From: Mytilus trossulus
Taxonomy: Eukaryota
Reading direction: 5' to 3'
Assembly: GCF_036588685.1 (NCBI RefSeq)
Contig: NC_086381.1
Coordinates: forward strand, 32,364,001-32,428,000
Length of the DNA: 64,000 nt
In this document: positions 52,080 to 64,000 of the stretch, one piece after another
Position numbering within the stretch: the first letter of the stretch is position 1
Layout of the letters: every line of letters starts with the position of its first letter
Program-made: the position numbers and the translations under genes
Notes under the pieces: generated by a model
Told to the model about the DNA's origin: nothing
The model's database searches: none
The model's input: only the letters and a program-made list of their open reading frames with translations

Positions 52080-55000
52080 TCAATATTCCAAGATTCTTTT
52101 TTCACACAAAAATGCTCCTTTATAGGTTAACCATAGATCATGCCATTTATAGCCATCATATCTTTTCATACCAATGATTTCGTCAACCTGATGTAAAGTC
52201 TTTTCAGGCTGAGTTGGGTGCCAATTAAAATAAGACATAATTGACCCATCGTTATAGTACCAATGTAACTCGTCTGTACGATGATATCCTTGGAACAAAA
52301 TCCATGTTGTAATTTGGAACTGATCTACAAAATTAAAACAACGACAGCAGTAATTTACAAAATGTATTTGTTTCGTGTTTTGTTTTTGATTTATTGTTCC
52401 TATTGTATCAAATAATGCATTTATATCAGTAGACACATTCTCTGTCTATGTATCCTGTCTCGCTCCATTTTTCAATTAACTGACCTGTTTCCCTTAAGGT
52501 AAATTAACAGCAAATGTATTTTCAACGAAAAACTACAGTCATCTCTTATGATCCATTCTTTTATTGGGTCTTATTGACATAAGTCTATTTATATACATTA
52601 AACAGAATATTGACTATTTATTTGTCATTCGGACGTCAAAACTGATTTAACATTTAAGAAGGAAATGTTTAGAATTAAATTAGTTTTTGGTTTGTTTTCT
52701 AAACAGTAGAACTAGACAGGAACCCGGTTTAAAATGACATATGTTTGAAAATAATAATGTTATATGTAGCGAAATTGATTCCGTTAATGTTATTTCTGTT
52801 TGCTAATTGTTTTTGTTTAATCAGTTTTTACCGGTTGTTGGATTGATGATAGTTGTTACAATAATTAACTCGTTTATTAGAAACAAAATAAAAACAACAC
52901 ACATGTTTTTTAAATACTGGAATTATAATGGTGATGGGGGTTAAACTTAATACAATATTATATTTTAGGATCAATTTTACATTCCTCAGTTGTATTTGCA
53001 GTAAATCCAAATGCATACATAGTTATTTAATATTGTGGATACAGATCAAGACAGATCGAACGTAATAGAGAAGAATAAAATATTTCGAATTATTATTCAT
53101 GAAAAAAAAAATTTATCCGAATAATAATGATCTATTTTTGAATAGATATAGCAAGATGTGGTAAGAGTGCCAATGAGAAAACTCCCCATCCAAGTCACAA
53201 TATGTAAAAGAAAACCATTATAGGTCAAAGTACGGTATTCAACATGTAGCCTCGGCCTACACTGAACAGCAAGGTATAAAGGACCCCGAAAATGACAAAT
53301 TCAAACTGGAAAACCAACGGTCTAATCTATATAAAAACGAGAAACAGCGAGAAACACTTATGAACCACATCAACAAACGACAACCACTAAAGAACAAGTT
53401 CCTGACTAAGGACAGGTGGGTGCAAACAAATGCAACGGGTTTAAACTTTTTAACAGGCGCCATTCTTTACCCTAACTTGAAATAATAATGTAACATCACA
53501 ACATAGAAAGACACACTATAAAATATCAATTGAAATGGCTTAACTCAATCAAAAAACAGATTTACAAAAACAAGTAAACATACTCTGAACGAATAAAATT
53601 TGATCTATATAAAAAAGAAGATGTGGTATGATTGCCAATGAGACAACTATCCACAAAAGACCAAAATGACACAAACATTAACAATTATAGGTCACTGTAC
53701 GGTCTTCAACAATGAGCAAAGCCCATACCGCATATAGTCAGCTATAAAAGGCCCCGAAAAGACAATGTAAAACAATTTAAGCGAGAAAACTAACGGCCTT
53801 ATTTATGTAAAAAAATGAACGAAAAACAAATATGTAACACTTTAACAAACGACAACCACTGAATTACAGGCTCCTGACTTTGGACAGGCACATACATAAA
53901 TAATGTGGCGGGGTTAAACATGTTAGCGGGATCCCAACCCTTCCCCTAACCTGCGATAGTGGTATAACAGTACAACATAAGAACGAACTATAGAAATCAG
54001 TTGAAAAAGGCTTAACTCATCAGATAGACAAAAAATAAAAGTGGACGTGGCCGTGTACTTGTACATCCCGACACAAAAAGACCCAATGAACAGATCTGAG
54101 AGTACTCGCAGCTATTTGACAGCTAGTTCAAAGCCATAAACAACTAATAAAAAAATCATGCCTCTAAGACTTAGCAATCAATCCGTACACATCCAATATA
54201 CAATGGATTTAGTGTAAAGACGTCATACACAGCCAGAGAAAAACATGAACTTGTGCAATGCCAAGTTACAGGTGTCGACAGCTTGTAGATGCATGAAAAT
54301 GTATATGTATATAACATACTAGTAATATTTAGTTAGCTTTTAATCTTCTTATAACAAAGTCAATATTTATACCAATAAAACAATATTCAATGATCTTATC
54401 ACAGTGTTGAATAGGTAACTTTTAAGAATAAGTTTATTTAAAGGAGCAACAAGTTTACATGGATCATTTCTAAATTTCAGGGCACGGTTAACAACATTTC
54501 CGTAAAAATGAGGATGTGCTATCCCGTTTGAAATAAGTTTTCTACAGGTACAATCAAACTTCAAAACCAAATCTTTATATCTATGGAAAAATTAAGTAAA
54601 GGTTTTAAGTAATTTATGGTAACGATATCCCTGGTTTAATAATTTATCAGTAATACATAGGTTACGTTCGTTAAAATCAAAAACGTCACAACAGACATGG
54701 GCATAGCGAACAAGTTGTGAAATATAAACACCGTAAGATGGTGCCAAAGGAACATCACCATTTAAAAATGGAAAATTAACAATAGGGAACGAAAAATCGT
54801 CTCTTTTGTCGTAAATTTTAGTGTGTAGTTTCCCGTTTAAAACCGAAATATCTAAATCCAGGAAAGGACAGTTATTACCGAATACATTTGATTTATTAAA
54901 AGTAAGTTCCTTGGGGTAAATTTCAGCAGTATATTGAGAAAATTCTTGATAATTTAACGAAAAAATATCATCAAGATAACGGTAAGTGTTGTTGAATTTA

Positions 55001-58000
55001 TCAATTAAATGCAATTTCGACGGGTCTTTACTGAGTTTAGTCATAAACTGTGATTCGTAACAGTACAAAAACAAGTATGCTATTAAAGGGGCACAATTAG
55101 TGGCCATGGGGATACCTACAACCTGTCGATAAACTTTGTTGCCGAAACGTACGTTAACATTAACAAGGAGAATATTAACAGCCTCAATCATCTCATCACA
55201 CCTCCAGTAAGTATATCTAGCATATTTAGCTTTCTCATTAGAGAAGAACAATGCAAATAAAAAATTAATAAAAAAACAACTTGTAATAGATATTATGTAA
55301 TAAAATATTTGGATTGATACGGATTAAACTATTGGTCTACCTTTATCAAAGCATAAATATGAAACTTATAGAAAAGATACATAACATGAATTTAAAAAAG
55401 ATAAACTTTTGAGTTTTATAACCAATAACTAGAAAAAGTTTAAGAATTTAGAAACTTCAACACTATAAATGTTGTATTTTCTTTTTATTATGTCGAACTG
55501 ATAAGAGACAGTGTGATAGATTTTAGGGAAGACGATTCAATTACTTCATGGTCTAGAAGGTGGGAATCGATTTATCACGGTTTGAAAACAAAATATTTTC
55601 AAACGGGTGAAAAAAGAAGATATTGAACCAAGTTTTCTTTTTAAAAAATACAAACCAAGAAAATCTGTAATATGTTGTTGTTTCTTCTCTGAATCAATTT
55701 TCATAAGTTCACCTCCTTCATTTCCACAGAAAGGACTATAATCAGCATATGATAAGGAAGCGTTTTCCGGTTGGAGCTTGTAGCAACTGTTAAATATTTT
55801 GCTATACACATAGCCAGATTCTCTGGAACAGCGTTCTAATAAAGGAAAAACACAATATGTTTTACACATTTACGTGTTTATACTGTCGCCTCAATTTAAA
55901 CACTAGTTTAACAAAAATAAAAAAATAAAAAAATTCAGGTTACTGCAAATTCAGAAATAATGCGTGCATTTATGATTGTGAATCATTGATTACTGGTAAA
56001 TATGCGCAGTCTAAATAATGCGATTGCAAACATTTTTTGAAGGAAAATTACTACTGAAATTTGAATGTCTCATTGTTTGCATCATTATAAACTTGCAATG
56101 GATTTTGAACTTACAGTTTTCAAATTTATTCAGGAAAATACTGCAATGAGACGAAAAAATATAATGTTTTGCATAAAAGAGACATGTTTACTAGTAAAAT
56201 TAATACAATTGTTGTTTGCAAATATTACCCCCCTCAAAAACTTTATTGAAGCCTACTGCTCCATTACTGATAATAGTCAAAGTTAGGACAACAATAAAAC
56301 CTGCTTGAGATCTGGAGCTGACATGTCAGTAACTGGTAGTAGTCCTGTGTTAATTTATGTATCATTGTAACTTTGCTAAGTTTCTTTTGTTACCTATTCT
56401 GACATCGGACTTAGACTTCTTTTTAACTGAGTTTTACTTCTCTTGCCTTTATGCTTTTTAATTGGTGTTTATTTATATGTTTTAGAATTTAGTGTGACGT
56501 CCATTTTCACTGAACCAGTACACATTTTTATTTAGGGGCCAGCTGAAGCCGGCCTGCTGGTGCAGGATTTTCTCGCTGTATTGAAGATCCATTGGTGGCT
56601 TGCGGATGTTATCTTGATAGATAACTGTATGTCCATACAAATGTACATACATAAAGGATATTTAGTAAGAATCAATGTTACCTTTCTTATTAAAACTCAA
56701 AGTATGTCCCTTATCATGACATAGAACAGTTGCAGTTGTTGGGGAAGCCAGGAGCGGTTATTTCTATTTTCCCTTGAAGAAATATTTTACATGCTAGGTT
56801 TGAATATAGCTGTCTTGGATGTATGAAAGTTATATATCTATGTTTAAATCATATTTAATCAAATGAATGTTGATTTTATTTAATTGTGCTTATGTAGTAG
56901 ATGAAATTGTATATTCAAGAATTCAATAATTGATTACTGAACAGAAAATAGTTATAAGTTCGATGAGCTAAAGGTGTGTATAAAAGGTAAATATTTGAAA
57001 TACAAAATGACTAAATCAAAGTATTGTTACCGGAGTGTCAACTTATCACATTACCTTATTTTACCTTTTGATACAAATGGGATTTAGTTTTGTAATGGTA
57101 AATTTGATATACGTTAAGGCCGTATAATGTGAACATGCACGACAGCAACATTTAGTTGAGATATACGGTGGATAAATGGCTATATCACTGCTAATTAATG
57201 GGAATTTGTGTTGCTTATATTTATATCGACGTAATTCAGACTCTTAAAGATGATTATATTTTGGGCAATTATACCACATCCACTTATTTCTATATTGCTG
57301 AGCGAGTCCAACCACACTTGGTAGTGTTAGTTAGTTCAGCAGTTTTGCATAGAAATTCATCTCTCAGGCAAAGTGTTACAATCGGGAATAGAACACATTC
57401 GATAAAAGGACAGATTATGCGACTATTTGAGTATCTGAAGATCAAAGGCTGGGAAATCATAGCACTATCAAGTTAATACATAGACATACTGTATCGGTCA
57501 ACCAATTTTTGATGGGGTCGATTTCAGTCGTTTTTCCACATTATGATATTCGAACAGCTATAATCAACTAACTATAGGTCATCATACAACCTTCAACAAT
57601 GAACAAAGCTTATAACGTATAGTCAGTTATATGATTTGTCGGAAAACAATTATATTAAGTCTTCAATATACCACGTTTGAAGCAGACTAACAAAAAGGAC
57701 TTTATCTGAACAATTATTTCCATTTATGCTTGACCTTCCTTTTTATCGTCTTTTTTGGCAAGTTCTCTTATGTCATTTCCATTGGAATAGTTATATTGTG
57801 TTCTTACTTAAATGATTGTATACAATACAGCAGAGTATGTCGACAAAAAACCCTAACACATATTCAGATACTTCCTACTTAAATACCGAATTTAACAAAC
57901 GTTTCTTACCGTCTAAAATCAAATAATAGTTCCACCCAGCAACACGCTGACCTAATGCTGAAGGTCTCTTTATGTATCCAGTGTTAATGCAAATACACTT

Positions 58001-58204
58001 TTGAGCAGGTCCATTGTAGAACATAGACATAGACTCATCCATAATAGCACAATGCGATGTGCATGCAGCAAGGCTTCCATGAGCAAATGGATAAAAAGGT
58101 TCATCGATGAACCAGTCTTTCAAATGTACTTGATTTTCTCCTTTGAGGACAGCTGTACCCTCCAACCGAGGAAAGAAAATCAAATTGAGGCTAAATAATA
58201 GCAT
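52080..58204 (-). CDS. Secreted PAN/apple-like plus C-type lectin domain protein (3 exons, about 239 aa)
   Basis: Exons 58204-57910, 55835-55656, 52324-52080 joined by phase-1 GT-AG introns. Exon 1: CTSHCAIMDESMSMFYN...KCIC (PAN-like). Exons 2-3: CSRESGY..SCYKL..C..EGGELMKIDS..WILFQG..FNWHPTQPE..KWHD..AFLCE (C-type lectin domain). Alternative in-frame ATG at 58303. Confidence 0.8.
53608..55251 (-). mobile_element. 5'-truncated Penelope-like retroelement (RT C-terminal part plus 3' tail) in lectin intron 2
   Basis: ORF 54592-55251: YRQVVGIPMATNCAPLIA, RYLDDIF, FLDLDI, IYDKRDDFSFPIVNFPFL, YGVYISQLVRY. Continues in another frame at 54367-54570. The tail merges with the abundant AAGAAGATGTGGTATGATTGCCAATGAGACAAC repeat. 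Confidence 0.8.
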
Positions 58205-58262
58205 TATTGTGCTTTTTTCTAAAATCCCTTTTTTAAAAAGCTGAATCAAGGTAAATGTTATG

Positions 58263-59490
58263 ATTTGTATCAATCGTTTTCCGAATAAACTTTCAGACCA
58301 CATTCATTTGATACATAAGAAAGCGGTCGTAGTACGCTTCGTGTTTTATTTGAAAATAGTTAATGTGAATTAGACCTAATTCGCTATTAGACACATCCAC
58401 GCGAAATGTTATTTTCTCGCTGATTGGATATTCATGTCTTTGATATTGTCATTTAGATCCTATTCGTTATTTATAAGAACTTTTATGAAAGATATCATTT
58501 ACATAAAAATAGACTAACTGAAATGTTAGAAGGATTACAAAGGCTCATTCTGTTATCAAATAATTTTCATGTTAATTTTTTTTGTTTAGAAGAATCATTG
58601 ATAAAACTAAACTTTTCGGTGGATAGTTGCCCGTTGGCAATCATACAACATTTCCTTATTTACATATTCTATAAAAAATATATTACAAATCAGTCAGTGG
58701 CGCGCGGAAGTCCTCAAGAAGACAATATTTTTTCCCGGGTGTTGACAGGATACACATGAGCGTTATTAGTTTAAACTTCAGGATACTTATGCAAGCAAAT
58801 TTTATAAACAATGATTTTTTACGTTTTTTTTGTATGTTTTTACTTTACATTGGGCTTTATCGCTGATCTTATTTCTGGTGCAAAATTGTGGTTTTACATA
58901 TTTCACCTTTATCAATGTAAGGATAACTGTTTGAACGATTCCATATATTATGTTTTAGGTTATTTTACATTCATTGTCTAGTTTATGTATATTAATATGG
59001 TTGTCTGCGAGAAATGAATCCTTTTTCTAATCATGTAACTAAATTCGAAACCAATATAAACATAGTGAACATATATATTATATTTAACTGTGTAAATTTA
59101 TCGGAATGTGAATGACAACATACACCTAAAATTCATATCGGCCTACCCCGTTTACACATGACATTTGCGCGGGAATTTCTTCCTTTGACATCGCAATATA
59201 ATTTAATTTGGATTATTGCAATGTGATATACTTTGCTTCTTCTCCTACAGTACATTATTTGACATCAGGTTTGTACACATTAAAAGTCTCTTGTCTAGTC
59301 AGACCTGAAGTACAGCTAGCATATCCCATCATATAATTTCAACCAAAAAATACAACTAATTAACACTACAACTGTTGAATAAACCTCACAGTATATATAT
59401 ATATTAAATGTCATTACAGTCCTTTCAACTAGCACAATCAACAAAACCGGTGTAAATTTTTCAAAGATGATGGACAGTGGCGGATCCAGG
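58263..59490 (+). repeat. Local segmental duplication, copy 2 (upstream region of the lectin gene)
   Basis: About 1.2 kb matching 39304-41637 once the tandem insertion is removed. Confidence 0.9.
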
Positions 59491-59744
59491 TCGAATGCAA
59501 TAAGTTTGATTGTTTATTTAATTTTTCATACTTTGTTAAAAATAGTATACTATCTAGCCATCATAGCTAAAAAAATTAGAGCAATGCAGAGGTAGGTACA
59601 CGTGGAAGTTGTATTTTGATTTAGATTCAACCTAAAGGTAGCTATAAATAATTTGGTCTTCTGTACAACGATAAAAATATAACACAAGAGAAACATGTTT
59701 TATAAACTGATCTCTTAAGCATAACAATTCTAACTATGGCAACA

Positions 59745-62700
59745 TTATTTTTTGTATTTTTCAGGAATATCTTTAGTGCGATATTTATTGGGATCTCCAC
59801 CATTTTGTCCATGTCTGTTAGCCTCTTGGTCTTTAGCGGAATCAGCAGCATATTCATCGTATCCTTTGTCACTTACTTTCCCAATTACATTTTTTCTTTT
59901 TTGATATGCCGTTTGATAAGCTTCTCTTACATCACTAAAACACAAGAAAAAAATACAGTTTCAAGTTTGATAAAAAAAAAACCAACACTTTCTTACGTCT
60001 TTTCTATCCTTATTTTAATAAAGATAGACAACTCATTATAATTTTTTTATAATATGAATAATTATCATAGATGAATAGGATTTACTTGATTTACATTTAT
60101 ATAAAACACTGTTGTTTCTAACTGTATTTTTTTCATGTGTTAGCATATAAACTTAAAATCAATTTTCTAAAAGCATTACAACATCTTTGTTCTTGTTTTC
60201 AATGACTGTGAGTAGTCAAAGATCGGAATGTTTTGCCATTTGTGTTTTTGTGTTTTTTGTTTTTTTTCTTAGTACCGGTCTGACGAGTCAAGCTCTTTCC
60301 AACGTGTTATTATGGTTTTTATGTTGTGTTGTTACACCACTGACAAGTGAATGTTTCACAAACATGTTAAACCCCTTCAGATTGTTCATGCCCCTGTTAA
60401 AAGACAAAAGACAATTATTCAATAACTTGTTGATTGTAAGCTGTCCATTATTTTCTTTAGCTTATTATGGTGGTAAGCATTAATCAGGACATTTGTGTTT
60501 CTCTCTTTCTTTAATAGATTGTTTTAGCTTGCTATACGGTAGGGGTTTTGATCATAGTTGAATGTTGTATACATACCAGTTCTTTGGTTTCTGGCTGACG
60601 GTTTACTCATCAATATTAAAAATGGTAAAACTTGAAAATATATATTTCTAACTAACAGAGTTATGATCTTTTTCTTATACAGGTGAATATATTAATGTCA
60701 TTGGTTCATGTCTTTCATATTTATTTTTAATAAATTGTTTTGTAATGCACAAGGCCTTCAGTTTCTCAATTAAATGATCACATATTTTGTCAGGTCAGAG
60801 CCTTTTATAGCCTACTACACGTATGGGTTTTTCTCATTATTAAAGTCTGTAGGGTTGCCTTTACTTGCTTGCATCCACTTCAATTGATATTTGGTTGATA
60901 GTTACCTCACCGCGTAGGCATGGTTACTTCTCCTTCTTTTCACAATAATGACATTTGTTCTATTTCTAAATCATTTGCACCATTCATATAATTTTCTCTC
61001 TGTTTTGCAATAAAAAAAAGTGATATGGCTATGGCAGAAATGATATGGCCCAAGTCAGTTATCCCAAGCAGATCTCATGTCCACTCCGTCGAACAGTTTA
61101 TTGCAATATTTGACTGGGTGAGATATTAACGGTATATGGGTTTTATCATTGTTCATTTTATTGAACCGAGTGGTCGAAGGATCTATAATAGACTGTTTGT
61201 GGATGATCATTTCTCTTATTTCATGAGGATATAGTTACCTGATATGCTTTGCCGCTGCTTTACCACCAGGACCATGTTGTGCTGCCTTGAAGTTGGCTTT
61301 TGCATGGAAGTACTTGTCTGCTCCTTTTGCACTTTTGTCATCTTTTACCATTTGTTTAGTGACAGTTTTCATTTCACTGATTATATGTTAAATATATTAT
61401 ACGCCATTTTATACATTATTTAAAGATCTAGGCAAAATATATATTTTGTTGTGTGTGCTCATAGTCGAAGGAATTCAATCTTGAAAATGTTTGATAGATC
61501 TCTCTTATAGGTAATGTATATTTAGTCATAATGCACTGACGAAGGACAGTCGCCAATATTAGAAAGTTGAACGTCATGACCTCTTTGCCAGTAGGTTAGG
61601 TTCTATAAATTATCATTCAATAATGTCAAGTATTTTTTTTTATACAGTATTACATTTGTACTGATTGTAAACAATACATGTATTTAGATATATACTAGTC
61701 AACAAAAGAAACGATACACGACTTTGAAATAAAATTTATCAAAAAATATTAAATATAAAACAAAATGAGATACACTATATTAAAAAGCTTTCATTTGCAA
61801 TGTATGCACATATGATAATGAAAATCAAAAACCTGTCGAAAAATAATAAATTCTGTGAAAACAATCATAGGGTGCAAATTACTTTTGCGGAAAATTGGAT
61901 AGAAAATCGACACACAATTTTCTAAGTACTAAATGAATTTTCAAATTTTTTAAAAATTATCCAATATGCTAATCAAGTTATGTTCATGTTGTAACTAATG
62001 GGTTGAAATATTGTTTTTTTTTTTAATTTTTGGTAAAAAACAGTGTTTATAGAAATCTCAAAAAATGCAAAAACATTTTTTTTTCTTCATCTGAAATCAA
62101 TGCCATAGATATGGAAACAACACACTGTAAATTTGGAACCTTTCAGATAAGTTTTAAGATTGTAACAGCTTTTTAAATTCGCTTTACAGATACTGTCTAT
62201 GGCAAATCAATTGATAATGTATACGATTTCTTTTATGGAGCCGAACTTTGCTTTAGAAATAAACGAAGAAACTGTATGATTTAAAAAAAATAATTAATGG
62301 CAAACATTGTCCAGTGGTTGGCATCATTCTTTGGAAGTTCTGTTTTTAAAATTGTCGTTTTATGTCAATTTTGTCAAAAAAGTAAAATTACGCCAAATGG
62401 CGTCATGAAAGCCAAAAAAAATTGTTTTTTTTAAAAAGAATTGATATATCCATGGTCATAAAGTATTACTACCTTCAATATTGGTCCTAGAAACAGAAAA
62501 CTTTATCTTTAATTTGAAAAAAGTCTTGTATCGTTTCTTTTGTTGACTAGTATATATACATTAACAGCAATTTTGACACTAACTATCACCATATAGTTAT
62601 AAATACGTGTATTCTCGTACGATACTTTTATGATGCTTTTTTTTAATTCCATAAATCAAGATTTTGCATGAAGAATTTGCCTTTAGACATCAAGCAACCA

Positions 62701-63131
62701 AAAATCGGGTAATTGTTAATTCAGATTGATCAAACTTACTTATATGTGCTGTGCATCTCTTTTGCGCCATTAACGTAACCTTTCACATAATCCTTTGCCT
62801 CTTTCGTCTTTGCTTTTACAGTAGCAATGACTCCACCTATTGCCCCTTTCACTTTATCAATAACACTTGATTTTGGCTTTTCTTGTTTCTGAACTGACTT
62901 TGTCGCTGACGAAGAACCGGATCTACTGGAACTAGATCTCCTACTACCACCCCACCACCCTCCGCCACTTTTCCGGTTTGTGTTTGAAAAACCAGATCTA
63001 CTCGATGACCTGGATGATTCGCTACTTCTAGAACTAGAACGAGAACTTCCACCTCCTCCAAACCAGGCATGTGTTTCTCTAGTACAAACAACTAGGAGTA
63101 CGACGAAAGTCAGTAATAGTGCACATTTCAT
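59745..63131 (-). CDS. SAA: Serum amyloid A-like protein with long Ser/Gly/Arg-rich N-terminal extension (3 coding exons, 239 aa)
   Basis: Coding exons 63131-62740, 61376-61239, 59934-59745 (both introns phase 2, GT-AG). SAA signatures: GAKEMHSTYNEM, GADKYFHAKANFKAAQHGPGG..AAKHISDVRE, AADSAKDQEANRHGQNGGDPNKYRTKDIPEKY. Signal peptide MKCALLLTFVVLLVVCTRETHA. Probable non-coding exon ending at 63652 (donor GTAAGT) spliced to an acceptor at 63141. Confidence 0.9.
61693..62552. mobile_element. Tc1/mariner-type MITE in the SAA intron
   Basis: Perfect 26-bp TIRs TACTAGTCAACAAAAGAAACGATACA flanked by TA. Confidence 0.8.
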
Positions 63132-63696
63132 GATTAAAATCTACAAAGTAAATGATTTTTGATTCAAGTGTTCAATTTGTCAAAATATTATTCAAGTGAG
63201 TAATAACTAACACTTATTAATTGAAAAACAAAATAAATGAACATAATTTACATTAATTGAAAGATATGGAATGCCTCGTTGTGTCATAAACTTGTGTTAC
63301 CTGTTTATATATGTGTATTTGTTTTTGTTCGCTTAAAATCCTTTTTAATTTCATTTCATATATATTTATTGGTTGTTTATTCAGTTTCTGGTACTTATTA
63401 TGTTTATGACATCTTGAACTTAATTTCTTAAATAAACCCATTACAATGAGCTTCTTATACGATCAGAGCACTAACTGTGCACCAACAAAACAAAATATAT
63501 GAAACTGAAGATTGAGCAACATCAAAGCAGCACACTTCTACCTAAAACAAACTTTGAAGAAAACTTGTGATCCTTTTAGCTTAAAATATATATACTTAAT
63601 TTAAAAAAAAGTAGGTCGTTTTACTTTTGAAAGATTAAAAAAAATACTTACTCCTTCAGATATTGTTATAACAATGGTCGAAGTTATAATTGTCCA

Positions 63697-63950
63697 TATT
63701 TATAACGACTGAGACCCGTGATATTTTGCGTATCCTGCTTATTTCCCTGTAAAAATATCTGGAACGTGTCATCGATCCTGTATCTGTAGTATAAACGCGC
63801 CCTTTTCCTTACGTAATTAAAGATATTGCAAAAAGCATGTTTGACGTAATACACAATATAAATATGTTTTATGTAACTGATATTATCATTTGCATAACAA
63901 CTATTGTGGTTGTAGAATTTCATCAATATGTATACACATGCTTGCAAAAA
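63697..63950 (-). promoter_or_regulatory. Putative SAA promoter: TATA box and a cluster of C/EBP- and PAR-bZIP-like sites
   Basis: TATAAATA on the minus strand at 63697-63704; TTACGTAA 63809, TTGCAAAA 63826, TGACGTAA 63842, TTATGTAA 63869, TTGCATAA 63890, TTGCAAAA 63942. Confidence 0.45.
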
Positions 63951-64000
63951 AATGAACCCTTAGGCGTTACAAATTGTTTGAAACTTAGAACAAATTTCGC

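Overview
AT-rich eukaryotic (animal) genomic DNA. The repeat families, including a 350-nt hammerhead retrozyme and Penelope-like RT remnants, suggest a bivalve, probably Mytilus (inference). Most of the ORF track is noise because the real genes are spliced; I rebuilt five by hand from splice signals and exon phases. (1) A complete 13-exon, 345-aa secreted PHM-like copper monooxygenase (6717-17294, -) with all six Cu ligands but without the residues that anchor the substrate glycine carboxylate. (2) Head-to-head with it, a 2-exon, 391-aa prepropeptide (18549-22124, +): signal peptide plus 17 near-identical copies of EAVPSVKAVNVDLEDGL separated by RKKR sites. (3) A second, divergent PHM-like paralog (exons 5-13 found, 30669-38765, -) lacking the CuM Met. 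(4) A PAN/apple plus C-type lectin gene (52080-58204, -). (5) A serum amyloid A-like gene with a long Ser/Gly/Arg-rich N-terminal extension (59745-63131, -). The main candidate novel system is the repeat-core precursor sandwiched between two non-canonical PHM-like oxygenases, a possible animal RiPP-type peptide-modification gene cluster. The window also holds hammerhead ribozymes, a 441-bp tRNA-headed tandem element with its empty site visible in a 1.2-kb local duplication, several DNA transposon and retroelement relics, and minisatellites.
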